Shown here in pieces: positions 54,181 through 63,484 of a stretch of DNA of 64,000 nucleotides. The stretch spans positions 55,585-119,584 of the forward strand of contig JALHOJ010000001.1 of the NCBI GenBank assembly GCA_022843045.1, written 5' to 3'. Within the stretch, counting starts at the first letter, position 1; the number at the start of each line of letters is the position of its first letter. The notes below the pieces were generated by a model. The model was not told the origin of the DNA, did no database searches, and was given only the letters and a program-made list of their open reading frames with translations. Both the position numbers and the translations under genes were made by a program. The stretch comes from Phycisphaerales bacterium (GTDB lineage Bacteria; Planctomycetota; Phycisphaerae; Phycisphaerales; UBA1924).

Positions 54181-57100
54181 ATGAGAGCAGTGCGGAACCG
54201 TTTCGGAGCGTTGGAAGCGTCGCGGATGTTGGGCGTCGAGCGCCTGGTTGCGAGCGCGGGGCGATTGGACCGGCTCGAGGACCGGGTGTTGCTGGATGGC
54301 ACGGGGTGGGGCCTCGCGGCGACCAATCTGGACTTGCAGAACGGGCTGGGCTCACAGTTCGCCGACATGGACGGGGACGGGGACCTGGACCTTGTCGAGT
54401 TGGTCAGCGTCAGCGTGTCGCAGGAGTTGTCGGGTGTGCGGATCAGTCGCAACGACGGCGCGGGCGGATTGGGCGGCACGCAGACGTTCGCATTCGGCGC
54501 ATTCTCCGTCGTTTCGCCCCTGCTGCTGGACATCGATCTGGATGGCGATCGCGACGTGCTGTTCCGCACCAAGAGCCCTCAGGGCAGCACCGAGGCACCG
54601 GCGTGGCGATTCATCCGCAACGACGGCAACGGTGGGTTTGGTTCGTCACAAGCCGCGAACATCCCGCTTGTCGCTGGCGAAAGCGCGTGGACGACCTGGG
54701 ACTATGACAACGACGGGCGCGAAGATGTCCTGTTGTCGTCCTTTGGCGGCATAACTGGCGAGGGCGTTCGAGTGCTGCGTCACACGGGCGACAACCAGTT
54801 TCAGCAGGTGTTCAGCGACGCCAACCTGTTTACCACGTTCATCAACCCCTTCGTCAAGGGCAAGATCGACGCGGGCGACACGATCGATGTGCAACTTTCG
54901 TCTTTCGGCGCGTCATTCCTCCGCTGGAACGGCACCTCGATCGAAGTCGCGTCGCTGGGCACGTTCTCGGTTCTGACCAATGTGCAGCTCTTTGACTTCA
55001 ACCGCGACGGCTGGCTGGACCTGCAACTCTCCCGTCAGCAGGATCCGGTGAACATCCGCCTGAACGACGGTGCGGGCAGCTTTGGGTCCGACACGCCGCT
55101 CTTTGATCCGTCACAGGGCTCGCGGGCGTACTCGCCGGTGTTGGACAAGGTCGGCGACTTCACGGGCGACGGTCGCACCGACCTGCTCTTCCGCGTCGAC
55201 GTGCGGTCGTCGGCATTCAGCCCTTTAGGCCGTGAGTACGAGCACCGCATCTATCGCGCCGACGCGACGGGCCAGTACTCGCGCAACGACTTCGTCGTCG
55301 TGGGTTCGTACGCCGACTCCTACCGCAGCACCGGCCTCGCGCCGCGCTTCACGGTCGCGCGCCTCAACACCGACACCGCGGACGATCTGTTCTCGATCCA
55401 ATTCGGCCAACGAACCTTCCTCAGCACCAACCAAGTGATCCCCACCAGCGTCCTCGCACAAGGGCCGGGGCCACTGGTCGCCGCGAACGAGCAGACGTTC
55501 AACTTTTCAGGCGTGCCGGCGACGGAAGCCCTGCGCGTCACGCTCTCGGCGTACCTCGACCGCAACGGCAACGGCGTCGTGGACGATCCAGACGAACCGA
55601 TCGGCACGCGCACCACCAGCACGGCCAGCACCACGCTCACGATCACGCCCCCAGAGGGCATGACGCTGGGCGCGACCAAGGTCCTTGTACTCGCTCGACG
55701 CGATGGGCAGATTGCCAACACCCTCGTGCTCGACACCACCGCCTGGACGCGATCGTTCTTCCCCGAAGGCTTCCGCGGTACCCGCAGCATCAACGAGTAC
55801 GTCCCCTTCACCAACGACAACCCCTTCCCGGTCGAGTATCGCGTCGTCCTGCGGTACGAATCGGGCGAGCGCGATCAGGTGATCGCCACCGGCACGATTC
55901 CGGCCTTCACGCGAGCCGCGCCCAACAACCAATGGGGCGTGACCACCAGCGAGCGCAACAACTTCAACCTGCCGGGCCGCGTGGGCGTGCCCTACGCGAT
56001 TGAGATGCAAAGCAGCGCGCCGCTCGCGGCGATGCTGGTGCGGTATGACCGCAACTTCGCCGTGAGCGGCCAATCGCCTGGCGTGGGCGAGAGCTTCACC
56101 AGCACGACCTCGACGCGATGGGCGCTGGCGGATGTCCGACGTGGGGAGGTGGGGATTGTGAACGACGTTCCGGTCGAAATCGAAACGAATACCAGCTACA
56201 TCCTCCTCTACAACGCTTCGCCCCAAGCGGCCGAGGTGCAAGTTCGCTTCTTCCGCAACGGACAACAGGTCGGCGTCGCGACCCGCAACGTCGGCGCGCT
56301 CCGTCGCGGCGGGGTGAATCTCGACGACGTGCCCGAACTGGCCAACCTCAGCGGCCCGTTGTCTGTGGTGATCGAGTCGAGCTCTCCCATCGCCGCGTCG
56401 CTCACGACGTATTCGCGGCGCACGCCAGGCCTCGGCGGCAGCGGCAGCGCCACCAGCCAGGCGTCGATGTCGCTCGCGTCGCCCTTCTCGGATCAGGCGA
56501 CCGCAACATCGGTCCTCACGCCCGGCATCCCCACGCGAGGCCCGGGCGCAATCGCCAGCGAACCGCTGGGATCGGTGTCGGGCCAGATTCGCCTGTTCAA
56601 TCCGACCAATGTCGAACGCACCGTCACGATCACTGCGCGCGTCGACGACGCATTCCGCTCCGGCAATCCTGCTGCGGACGAAGAGGTCGCGACGATCGTG
56701 ATCCCGGCGTTCGGGCTGACCGGTTTCTCTTCATCGCTGCGCGGCAACGCAGCGCTGGGACTCTTGCGCCTTCCGCCCGCGTCGGTGCGAGTCACTTCGA
56801 ACGGCCCGATCATCGCGTCCGCGCTCGAGACCCGTGGCGTGCAGTCGAGCCGGCCCTCGGAGGCCAACTCGACGCTCTCTTCGCCTATCGCCGCGACCCG
56901 CTGGGCGTTTGGGGATGGGTTCCGCCATTCTGGAAGCTTTCAGAATCGCAGCGAGGAGACTTTGTTCCTCGCGAACACGGCGGGCGTTGCTCAGGATGTC
57001 ACGCTGCGCTTCTACTCGCCCTCTGCGGGCACGATCACGACCACCATCAATCTCTCGGCCAACGGGATGCGGGCGGTGAACGTGTTCGCTCTGCCCGAAC

Positions 57101-57246
57101 TGGCTGGCGTGGCCAATCTGCTCTGGTTCGGCATCAGCGTGGAAGCCGCGCAGCCGATCGTCGCGGGTCTCTCGCACTTTGACGGGCTGCAGCCGGGCGG
57201 CTGGTCGAGTTTGGGGACGCCCATGGGGGGAATTGTGAGCCTGTGA
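54181..57246 (+). CDS. FG-GAP/VCBS repeat (integrin-alpha-like propeller) protein with a large beta-rich C-terminal region
   Basis: Repeated Ca-binding-like loops DMDGDGDLDLVE, DIDLDGDRDVLF, DYDNDGREDVLL, DFNRDGWLDLQL and DFTGDGRTDLLF. N-terminus has LEDRVLL. The C-terminal ~550 aa are unassigned. Confidence 0.82.
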   Translation: MRAVRNRFGALEASRMLGVERLVASAGRLDRLEDRVLLDGTGWGLAATNLDLQNGLGSQFADMDGDGDLDLVELVSVSVSQELSGVRISRNDGAGGLGGTQTFAFGAFSVVSPLLLDIDLDGDRDVLFRTKSPQGSTEAPAWRFIRNDGNGGFGSSQAANIPLVAGESAWTTWDYDNDGREDVLLSSFGGITGEGVRVLRHTGDNQFQQVFSDANLFTTFINPFVKGKIDAGDTIDVQLSSFGASFLRWNGTSIEVASLGTFSVLTNVQLFDFNRDGWLDLQLSRQQDPVNIRLNDGAGSFGSDTPLFDPSQGSRAYSPVLDKVGDFTGDGRTDLLFRVDVRSSAFSPLGREYEHRIYRADATGQYSRNDFVVVGSYADSYRSTGLAPRFTVARLNTDTADDLFSIQFGQRTFLSTNQVIPTSVLAQGPGPLVAANEQTFNFSGVPATEALRVTLSAYLDRNGNGVVDDPDEPIGTRTTSTASTTLTITPPEGMTLGATKVLVLARRDGQIANTLVLDTTAWTRSFFPEGFRGTRSINEYVPFTNDNPFPVEYRVVLRYESGERDQVIATGTIPAFTRAAPNNQWGVTTSERNNFNLPGRVGVPYAIEMQSSAPLAAMLVRYDRNFAVSGQSPGVGESFTSTTSTRWALADVRRGEVGIVNDVPVEIETNTSYILLYNASPQAAEVQVRFFRNGQQVGVATRNVGALRRGGVNLDDVPELANLSGPLSVVIESSSPIAASLTTYSRRTPGLGGSGSATSQASMSLASPFSDQATATSVLTPGIPTRGPGAIASEPLGSVSGQIRLFNPTNVERTVTITARVDDAFRSGNPAADEEVATIVIPAFGLTGFSSSLRGNAALGLLRLPPASVRVTSNGPIIASALETRGVQSSRPSEANSTLSSPIAATRWAFGDGFRHSGSFQNRSEETLFLANTAGVAQDVTLRFYSPSAGTITTTINLSANGMRAVNVFALPELAGVANLLWFGISVEAAQPIVAGLSHFDGLQPGGWSSLGTPMGGIVSL

Positions 57247-57378
57247 TGCGGGGGTGGGGGGGGTGGCGACGCGCCTGAGCGCGACATGTGGCGGGGCGAA
57301 TCCTTCGATGCCGATACGATGCGGCGTGCGCGATGGGTTCGCGCGTTGTTTGCTTGCTTTGGTGAGAAGGTGTCGCAC

Positions 57379-59340
57379 ATGATCCGAATGCACTTGTTGG
57401 CTGTTCTTGGGTTGGTGGCGTGTGGGGGGCTTGCTGTGTCGCACGCGGCAGGCCAGGAACCCAAGAAGCAATCCAAGCCCGCCGAAGCATCCAACCCAGT
57501 CGTTCAGGGCGGGACGGGCAAAGTCGCCAGGACTCCTCTGGACCTGACGGTGCAGGAGTACGTCATTGCCAAGAAGCCCAGCGAACTGTTTGATGACAAG
57601 GAGGGGATGAAGAAGCTCATCGAGCAGGTCAAGGCGGATTCGCAGCGCGACCTGCGCGAGCTGAACTTCGGCGATCCGCGTCTGGCCCGCATGCTGCATG
57701 GCGTGCTTGCGAGCATCGCCCTCATTGAGGCTGATCTGGACACGGCCCAGGGGCACTACGACAAGATGCGTGAGCTGGATCAGATCGCTTCGTCCAAGCC
57801 CCTCAATGGCGTGGTGATGATGGCGGCTGCTCGGGCGATGAAGGGTGCGGGAATGGACGCGGCCAAGGCCGAGCCGGCCTTTGAGGCAGACTTCAGGACG
57901 AAGATGGACGCGATGGACTGGTCAGTGGTGGGACCGCAGGTGATGGCGGATCGCCGCAGCGCGGAATTGCTGACCGAGTCGTTCCTTCGCGAGCGGTTGC
58001 CCAGCGCGTATGACCCGGGTTGGGATTCCAAGACGGGCAAGCTCGACATCAAGTTCGTGCATGGCTTGATCGGCATGCGAGCGTCACTCGAATTGATGGT
58101 GCCGATGACGCCCGCGGCGATCCGGGTGTACAACGAACTGACCAATCGCAACGAAGGTCCGCTGCCGGACATCTGGGACGAAAGGCAGATTTCGCTGACG
58201 GGACAGGAAGGTGGCTCGCCCGTGGTGGTGGCGACCTGGGGCTTCGGCGTTGACGCGAGCGCGCTGGGGGCCGGCGCGTGGACGAATCCGGGCGAGCAGG
58301 CCAACGGCATCGATGATGACGGCGACGGCTTCGTTGACAACATCCACGGGCTTGCCTGGGACCAGATGTGGAACGTGTCGTCCGACCTCCTGATGTCCTT
58401 GATCGACGTGCGGTGCGAGCCGCAGTTGGTCCACCAGATGGCCGGCGGAAACTTCGACGAGTTCGCTGACCTGCACACCACGCCCCGGCGGATCGTGATG
58501 CAGCGGTACATGCAGCGGCTTCAGATTCCGCAGCGACAGACCCTGCAGCGTGACATGAACATCATGATGCTGCGGGCGCAGGGCACGCACGCCGCAAGCG
58601 TGATCCTTGCGGGCAATCCGTACGCGAAGGTGCAGAGCGTGCGACTGGGATACGAGGACTTCAGGCGGCCGGGCAGCGTGCCGTCGATCGAGGCGTCGGA
58701 GCGCGGGGCTCAGGCAATCCGCGCCGCGGCCGCCGCGGCTCGCAAAGCCGGCGTGCGCGTCGTGCACATCGGCTGGCAACTGTCACTCAATGACATCGTC
58801 GCGATGCTCGAGCAGCACGGCGTGGGCGACGACGAGCGGGATCGCCTTCGCATCGGTTCGCCCATCTTCCGACCCATCCGGCTGGCGATGGAGGAAGTGA
58901 TCAGGAACTATCCCGAGATTCTGTTCGTTGGGGGCGTGGACTCCACGCGGCAGTACGAGTCAAACGTCAACGACGCGGTTCCCACACAGTTCCTGCTGCC
59001 CAACTTCGTTGTGATCAACAACGTCAACGGCAACGGTCTGCCCAACAAGTTCACCAGCAAGGTGCCTCTCTTCACGCTGTTTGCCAAGGGTCGCGATGTG
59101 CAGGGCGTCGTTCCCTCCACGACGCCCGGCGGCGAGCCGTCGGTCATGAGCGGGCCCAACGTTGCCAGCGCGCAGGGGGCCAACCTTGCGGCGAAGATCC
59201 TCGCGTTGCATCCCTCGCTTCGCCCGGATCAGGTGGTCGACCTGATGAAGCGGGGCGGGCATCAGTTGCCGCGCAACAAGGAGGGCATGCTCATGGTCGA
59301 TCCGCGCCGCACGCTGGAACTGGCCAAGCAGGGCCAGTAA
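57379..59340 (+). CDS. subtilisin (S8)-like protein, catalytic triad apparently degenerate
   Basis: Signal peptide MIRMHLLAVLGLVACGG. S8-like NPGEQANGIDDDGDGFVDNIHGLAWD, GTHAAS and MSGPNVASAQGANLAAKILALHPSLRPDQV blocks. Confidence 0.8.
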   Translation: MIRMHLLAVLGLVACGGLAVSHAAGQEPKKQSKPAEASNPVVQGGTGKVARTPLDLTVQEYVIAKKPSELFDDKEGMKKLIEQVKADSQRDLRELNFGDPRLARMLHGVLASIALIEADLDTAQGHYDKMRELDQIASSKPLNGVVMMAAARAMKGAGMDAAKAEPAFEADFRTKMDAMDWSVVGPQVMADRRSAELLTESFLRERLPSAYDPGWDSKTGKLDIKFVHGLIGMRASLELMVPMTPAAIRVYNELTNRNEGPLPDIWDERQISLTGQEGGSPVVVATWGFGVDASALGAGAWTNPGEQANGIDDDGDGFVDNIHGLAWDQMWNVSSDLLMSLIDVRCEPQLVHQMAGGNFDEFADLHTTPRRIVMQRYMQRLQIPQRQTLQRDMNIMMLRAQGTHAASVILAGNPYAKVQSVRLGYEDFRRPGSVPSIEASERGAQAIRAAAAAARKAGVRVVHIGWQLSLNDIVAMLEQHGVGDDERDRLRIGSPIFRPIRLAMEEVIRNYPEILFVGGVDSTRQYESNVNDAVPTQFLLPNFVVINNVNGNGLPNKFTSKVPLFTLFAKGRDVQGVVPSTTPGGEPSVMSGPNVASAQGANLAAKILALHPSLRPDQVVDLMKRGGHQLPRNKEGMLMVDPRRTLELAKQGQ

Positions 59341-59358
59341 ACCGCATATGATGGTCTC

Positions 59359-59559
59359 GTGAGCACCACGACCTTGATGTGGATCAGTCTGATCGCGATC
59401 GGCGTCTTGAGCGTTCCGTTCATCTTGATTTGGTGGCGCGACATGGACCGCTGGGCCGACGCGGAGCACAAACGCTTCAAGCCGCGCACGCAGGGCCCGC
59501 AGGACGTGGTGGTTGTCAAGCAACCTCCGACTCCCGCTCAAAACGAACGCAACAATTGA
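59359..59559 (+). CDS. small single-TM hypothetical protein
   Basis: 66 codons from GTG 59359, 19 nt after the upstream stop. One hydrophobic helix (LMWISLIAIGVLSVPFILIWW). Weak evidence. Confidence 0.4.
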   Translation: MSTTTLMWISLIAIGVLSVPFILIWWRDMDRWADAEHKRFKPRTQGPQDVVVVKQPPTPAQNERNN

Positions 59560-59812
59560 TGTGCCAACAACTTCCGTTGGTTCTGCCGAAAATCGGCAGT
59601 TATTTCGGCAATCTGTCTAGTGGTAAATACCCACAATGTGGTGTTCTGTAGAGAAAACACCCTGCCGCCCACTTGTGGCACACGGAACGCGGGGTTATCC
59701 TGTGCTGGGGTAGGATTTCGTGTGGTCGCCCCGTTCCCGCAGACGGGTGTACTTGTTTCTCGACAGAAGAGCGCATGGCGGGTTGTTGCGCCGGGGTGGA
59801 TGGAAGTCTTGC

Positions 59813-60298
59813 ATGAAGTCCCGACTACAGGAAGAAATCCACAAGAAACATCCGTTCGAGCACCCAGAGGATGAGGCGATCCTCAACTTGCTCCGCACGC
59901 ACAGCGTGTTGTTCAGCGCGACGGAGCGCTTCCTTCGCAATCACGATCTCTCGATGGCCACGTACAACGTGCTGCGGATCTTGCGGGCCGCCGGGGATGA
60001 GGGGCGTTCGTGTTCGGGAATCGGCGATGACATGGTGGCTCGGGTGCCGGATGTGACGCGACTGGTAGATCGCCTGGAGCGGCTGGGGATGGTGACGCGC
60101 GGGCGCGGGCAGCAGGATCGGCGGGTGGTGCGGGTGGTGATCACGCAGGCGGGCACCGACTTGCTCGCGAAGGTCGACATGCCGCTGATTGAGTTGTACA
60201 AGAGCATGTTCAAGCACATGTCGCGCGGCGAACTGGATCATCTGAGCGCGCTCTTGTACAAGGCGCGGCATCCGGAGGAGTTTGGGGTGGTGGGGTGA
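59813..60298 (+). CDS. MarR family transcriptional regulator
   Basis: Winged-helix segment LSMATYNVLRILRAAGDEGRSCSGIGDDMVARVPDVTRLVDRLERLGMVTRGRGQQDRRVVRVVIT. Confidence 0.85.
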   Translation: MKSRLQEEIHKKHPFEHPEDEAILNLLRTHSVLFSATERFLRNHDLSMATYNVLRILRAAGDEGRSCSGIGDDMVARVPDVTRLVDRLERLGMVTRGRGQQDRRVVRVVITQAGTDLLAKVDMPLIELYKSMFKHMSRGELDHLSALLYKARHPEEFGVVG

Positions 60299-60380
60299 AG
60301 TTGGCGGCGGGCGACAAGTGACGAGGGACCGTCGAAAAGGGACAGGGTGCGGAATGCGGCGGTCGGTATGATTGACCCCG

Positions 60381-62024
60381 ATGTTCTCCCTCTCGCGTGA
60401 TCAATTTGTTGCGTTGGCCGCATCGAGCGTGGATGCTTCGGCGACGCTGGCGATTCCAGTGTTCGTGCGCCTGATTGCCGATCAGGTCACGCCGGTGGTC
60501 GCATATCGGCGGATGGTGGCCCGCGATACGCGCGAGGCTCCGTCGTTCCTGCTCGAGTCGGTCGAGGGTGGCGAGCGGCAGGGGCGGTACTCGATCCTCG
60601 GGGCGCAGCCCGTGGGCGAGGTGCTCGCCTGGGGGCGAGCCAACCAGCCGGCGAAGATTGAAGAGACATGGACCGACCCGGCGCTTGCTGGGCCAATGTG
60701 CGCGCCCGACACCGACCCGTTCGTCACGATGAAGCGTGCGATGGGGCGGTTTCGCCTGGTGCGGCCTTTGCCCGCTCACCCGGCCGTCGCGCTGCCTAAG
60801 TGCTTTCTGGGCGGCTGGGTCGGCTTTGCGGCCTACGACAGCGTGCGGTTTGGCGAGCCGGAGAAGCTGCCGTTTTCCAGCGCGCCGCGGGATGATCGCG
60901 AACTGCCCGACCTGCACTTTGGGTTCTATTCAGGCGTGGTCGCGTTTGATCATGTTGACAAGACGGTGAGCGTGGTGGAACTCGGGCTGGTGCCGCCTGC
61001 TGCGACGCCCGCGCAAGCCGGCGCTGCGTATGACCGCGCGATCACGCGGATTCGGGCGCGGCTCGAGCAACTCGAACAGCATTCCGAGCCGCTGCACGCC
61101 GGGCCGGTCCCGCTGCCCACGGCGCCCGTGCCCTTGCCCAGCAACCTGACGCGCGAGCAGCACGCGTCGATGGTGCGGCGTGCGTTTGAGTACATCAAGG
61201 CGGGGGACATTTTTCAGGTCGTGCTGGGGCAGCGGTTCGAGCGGGTCAGCAAGGCCGATCCATTTGACGTGTATCGCGCGCTGCGGTGCGTGAATCCGAG
61301 CCCGTACATGGTGTACATGCAGGCGCGGGGGTGCATTCTGGCGGCGAGCAGCCCGGAGATCTTGTGCAGGGTGCAGAAAGTTGATCATCAATTCAAAGTG
61401 ACCAATCGCCCCCTCGCGGGCACCCGCAAGCGCGGGCGCACGCCCGAGGAGGATGTCGCGTTGGAACGCGATCTGCTTGCGGACGCCAAGGAGCGGGCCG
61501 AGCACATCATGCTTGTCGATCTGGGTCGCAACGACGTGGGCGTGGTCGCGGAGCCGGGCTCGATTGCGCTGCCCAGCGTGATGGAAGTGGAGCGGTACAG
61601 CCATGTCATGCACATTTCCAGCACCGTGACGGGCACGCTGCGCGAAGGGCTGGACTGCTGGGACGCGCTGCGGGCGGCGTTGCCTGTGGGCACCATCAGC
61701 GGGGCGCCCAAGGTCCGCGCGATGCAGATCATCGACGAACTCGAGCCGATCCGGCGCGGGCCGTACGGGGGCGGGATGGGATGCGTCGGGCTGGATGGGC
61801 AAATGGACATCGCCCTCACGCTGCGCACGATGGTGGTGCCCCTCGCGCTTGCCAAAGGGCTGTCGACCACGGGCGCACGCGAGTGGACGTATCACCTGCA
61901 GGCGGCGGGCGGGATCGTTGCGGACTCCAACATTGACGATGAGTACATGGAGACGGTGAACAAGAGCGCGGCGTTGGCGCGGGCGATTGATGTCGCGGAG
62001 CATGCTTTCACGCGGGGCGTGTAG
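60381..62024 (+). CDS. trpE: anthranilate synthase component I
   Basis: LESVEGGERQGRYSILG, GDIFQVVLGQRF, VNPSPYMVYMQ, PLAGTRKRG, EHIMLVDLGRND and GGGMGCVGLDGQMDIALTLRT. ATG at 60381; an alternative TTG lies at 60372. Confidence 0.92.
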   Translation: MFSLSRDQFVALAASSVDASATLAIPVFVRLIADQVTPVVAYRRMVARDTREAPSFLLESVEGGERQGRYSILGAQPVGEVLAWGRANQPAKIEETWTDPALAGPMCAPDTDPFVTMKRAMGRFRLVRPLPAHPAVALPKCFLGGWVGFAAYDSVRFGEPEKLPFSSAPRDDRELPDLHFGFYSGVVAFDHVDKTVSVVELGLVPPAATPAQAGAAYDRAITRIRARLEQLEQHSEPLHAGPVPLPTAPVPLPSNLTREQHASMVRRAFEYIKAGDIFQVVLGQRFERVSKADPFDVYRALRCVNPSPYMVYMQARGCILAASSPEILCRVQKVDHQFKVTNRPLAGTRKRGRTPEEDVALERDLLADAKERAEHIMLVDLGRNDVGVVAEPGSIALPSVMEVERYSHVMHISSTVTGTLREGLDCWDALRAALPVGTISGAPKVRAMQIIDELEPIRRGPYGGGMGCVGLDGQMDIALTLRTMVVPLALAKGLSTTGAREWTYHLQAAGGIVADSNIDDEYMETVNKSAALARAIDVAEHAFTRGV

Positions 62025-62071
62025 GAGCGTGCCAACAATTGGAACGGGTCGGGTTATCGACTGAAAGTGCC

Positions 62072-62458
62072 ATGAGCGACGCAGAAGCCAATCCGAGGCA
62101 GCAAGAGGGCGAGCAGCCCGGGCAGGGTGAGCAAATCGCTGCGGCGTTCGCCGCATCGGCGAACCAGAGCCAGCCGCGCGAGCCCAAGCCGCTGGATATG
62201 TTCCATGTCGTGCTGCACGACGACGACGAGCACTCGTACGAGTACGTGATCAAGATGATGCAGCAGTTGTTCGCGTGCGATTTTGAGATCGCGTTCGAGC
62301 GGGCCAAGGTCGTAAGCGAAGAGGGTCGGGTGATCTGCGCGACGGTGCACAAGGAATTGGCGGAGCTCAAGCGCGATCAGATTCACGCGTTCGGGCCGGA
62401 TCGGCGGATCGCATCGTGCAAGGGGGCGATGTCGGCGAGCGTGGAGCCGGCGGCGTAG
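62072..62458 (+). CDS. clpS: ATP-dependent Clp protease adaptor ClpS
   Basis: Core FHVVLHDDDEHSYEYVIKMMQQLF...AFERAKVVSEEGRVICATVHKELAE. Confidence 0.85.
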   Translation: MSDAEANPRQQEGEQPGQGEQIAAAFAASANQSQPREPKPLDMFHVVLHDDDEHSYEYVIKMMQQLFACDFEIAFERAKVVSEEGRVICATVHKELAELKRDQIHAFGPDRRIASCKGAMSASVEPAA

Positions 62459-62505
62459 TTGCTGGATTTGTCGGCGGCGGAGCCTTGGCCTCCTAGTCTT
62501 CGTAC

Positions 62506-63456
62506 GTGAGCAAGCCGCTCGTCCTCCAAACCGAAGAACTCGACGCATCCGCAGCGGCGTGGCTGGGGGAGCGCTGCGACCTGGTCGCGTGCCGGGTCGA
62601 GGAACCGCGGTTTGCAGAGTTGCTCGCTCGCGCGGAGGGGCTTGTGGTGCGGACGTATACGCGGGTGGATGCGGCGCTGCTTGCGGGCGGGCCGCGCTTG
62701 CGGGTGGTGGGGCGAGCGGGGGTGGGGCTGGACAACATTGATCTGGCGGCGTGTGCGGCGCGCGGGGTGCGGGTTGTTTCAACGCCCGATGCGAATTCGC
62801 AAGCGGTGGCGGAGTTTGCGCTCGCGCTGATTGTCGACGCAGCGCGGCCTCGATTGATGTTGGATCGGGCGCTGGATGCGAAGGAGTGGGGGAGGCTTCG
62901 CAAGGAGCTTCGAGCGCCGCGGCAGTTGAGCGAGATGACGTTGGGCGTGCTGGGGCTGGGGCGGATCGGCGCGCGGGTGGCGCGGATGGGTGTGGGGATC
63001 GGGATGGACGTGGTGTACCACGACATTCGCGAGATTCCAGTGGATCAACGCATGGGTGCGTCGTCCGTGTCGCTCGCGGAGTTGTGTGCGCGGGCGGATG
63101 TGCTGACGGTCCACGTCGATCCGCGCGAGGCGAATCGGCGGCTGGTGAATACGCCATTCCTGGCGATGTGCAAGCCGACGGTCGTGCTGGTCAACACCAG
63201 CCGGGGGCTGATTCTGGACGATCTTGCACTGGCGGGGTTCCTTCGACGAAACCCCAAGGCCCAGGCGCTGCTCGACGTGCACGATCCCGAGCCCTTCGGA
63301 CCCGACTATCCGCTGCTGGGCCTGCCCAACGCGCACCTGTCGCCCCACATCGCGGCGGCGACGGCGACGGCGCAGGAGAACATGAGCTGGGTCGTGCGGG
63401 ATGTGTGGCGGGTGCTGGACGGGAAGGAACCGGAGTTTCCAGCGGCGCAGCGATGA
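62506..63456 (+). CDS. D-isomer-specific 2-hydroxyacid dehydrogenase family protein (phosphoglycerate dehydrogenase-like)
   Basis: NAD-binding GVLGLGRIGARVARMG, the catalytic-domain layout and ...NTSRG...D. GTG start at 62506. Confidence 0.8.
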   Translation: MSKPLVLQTEELDASAAAWLGERCDLVACRVEEPRFAELLARAEGLVVRTYTRVDAALLAGGPRLRVVGRAGVGLDNIDLAACAARGVRVVSTPDANSQAVAEFALALIVDAARPRLMLDRALDAKEWGRLRKELRAPRQLSEMTLGVLGLGRIGARVARMGVGIGMDVVYHDIREIPVDQRMGASSVSLAELCARADVLTVHVDPREANRRLVNTPFLAMCKPTVVLVNTSRGLILDDLALAGFLRRNPKAQALLDVHDPEPFGPDYPLLGLPNAHLSPHIAAATATAQENMSWVVRDVWRVLDGKEPEFPAAQR

Positions 63457-63484
63457 GCTTGTACCGTGCCAGCGATGATGCCCG

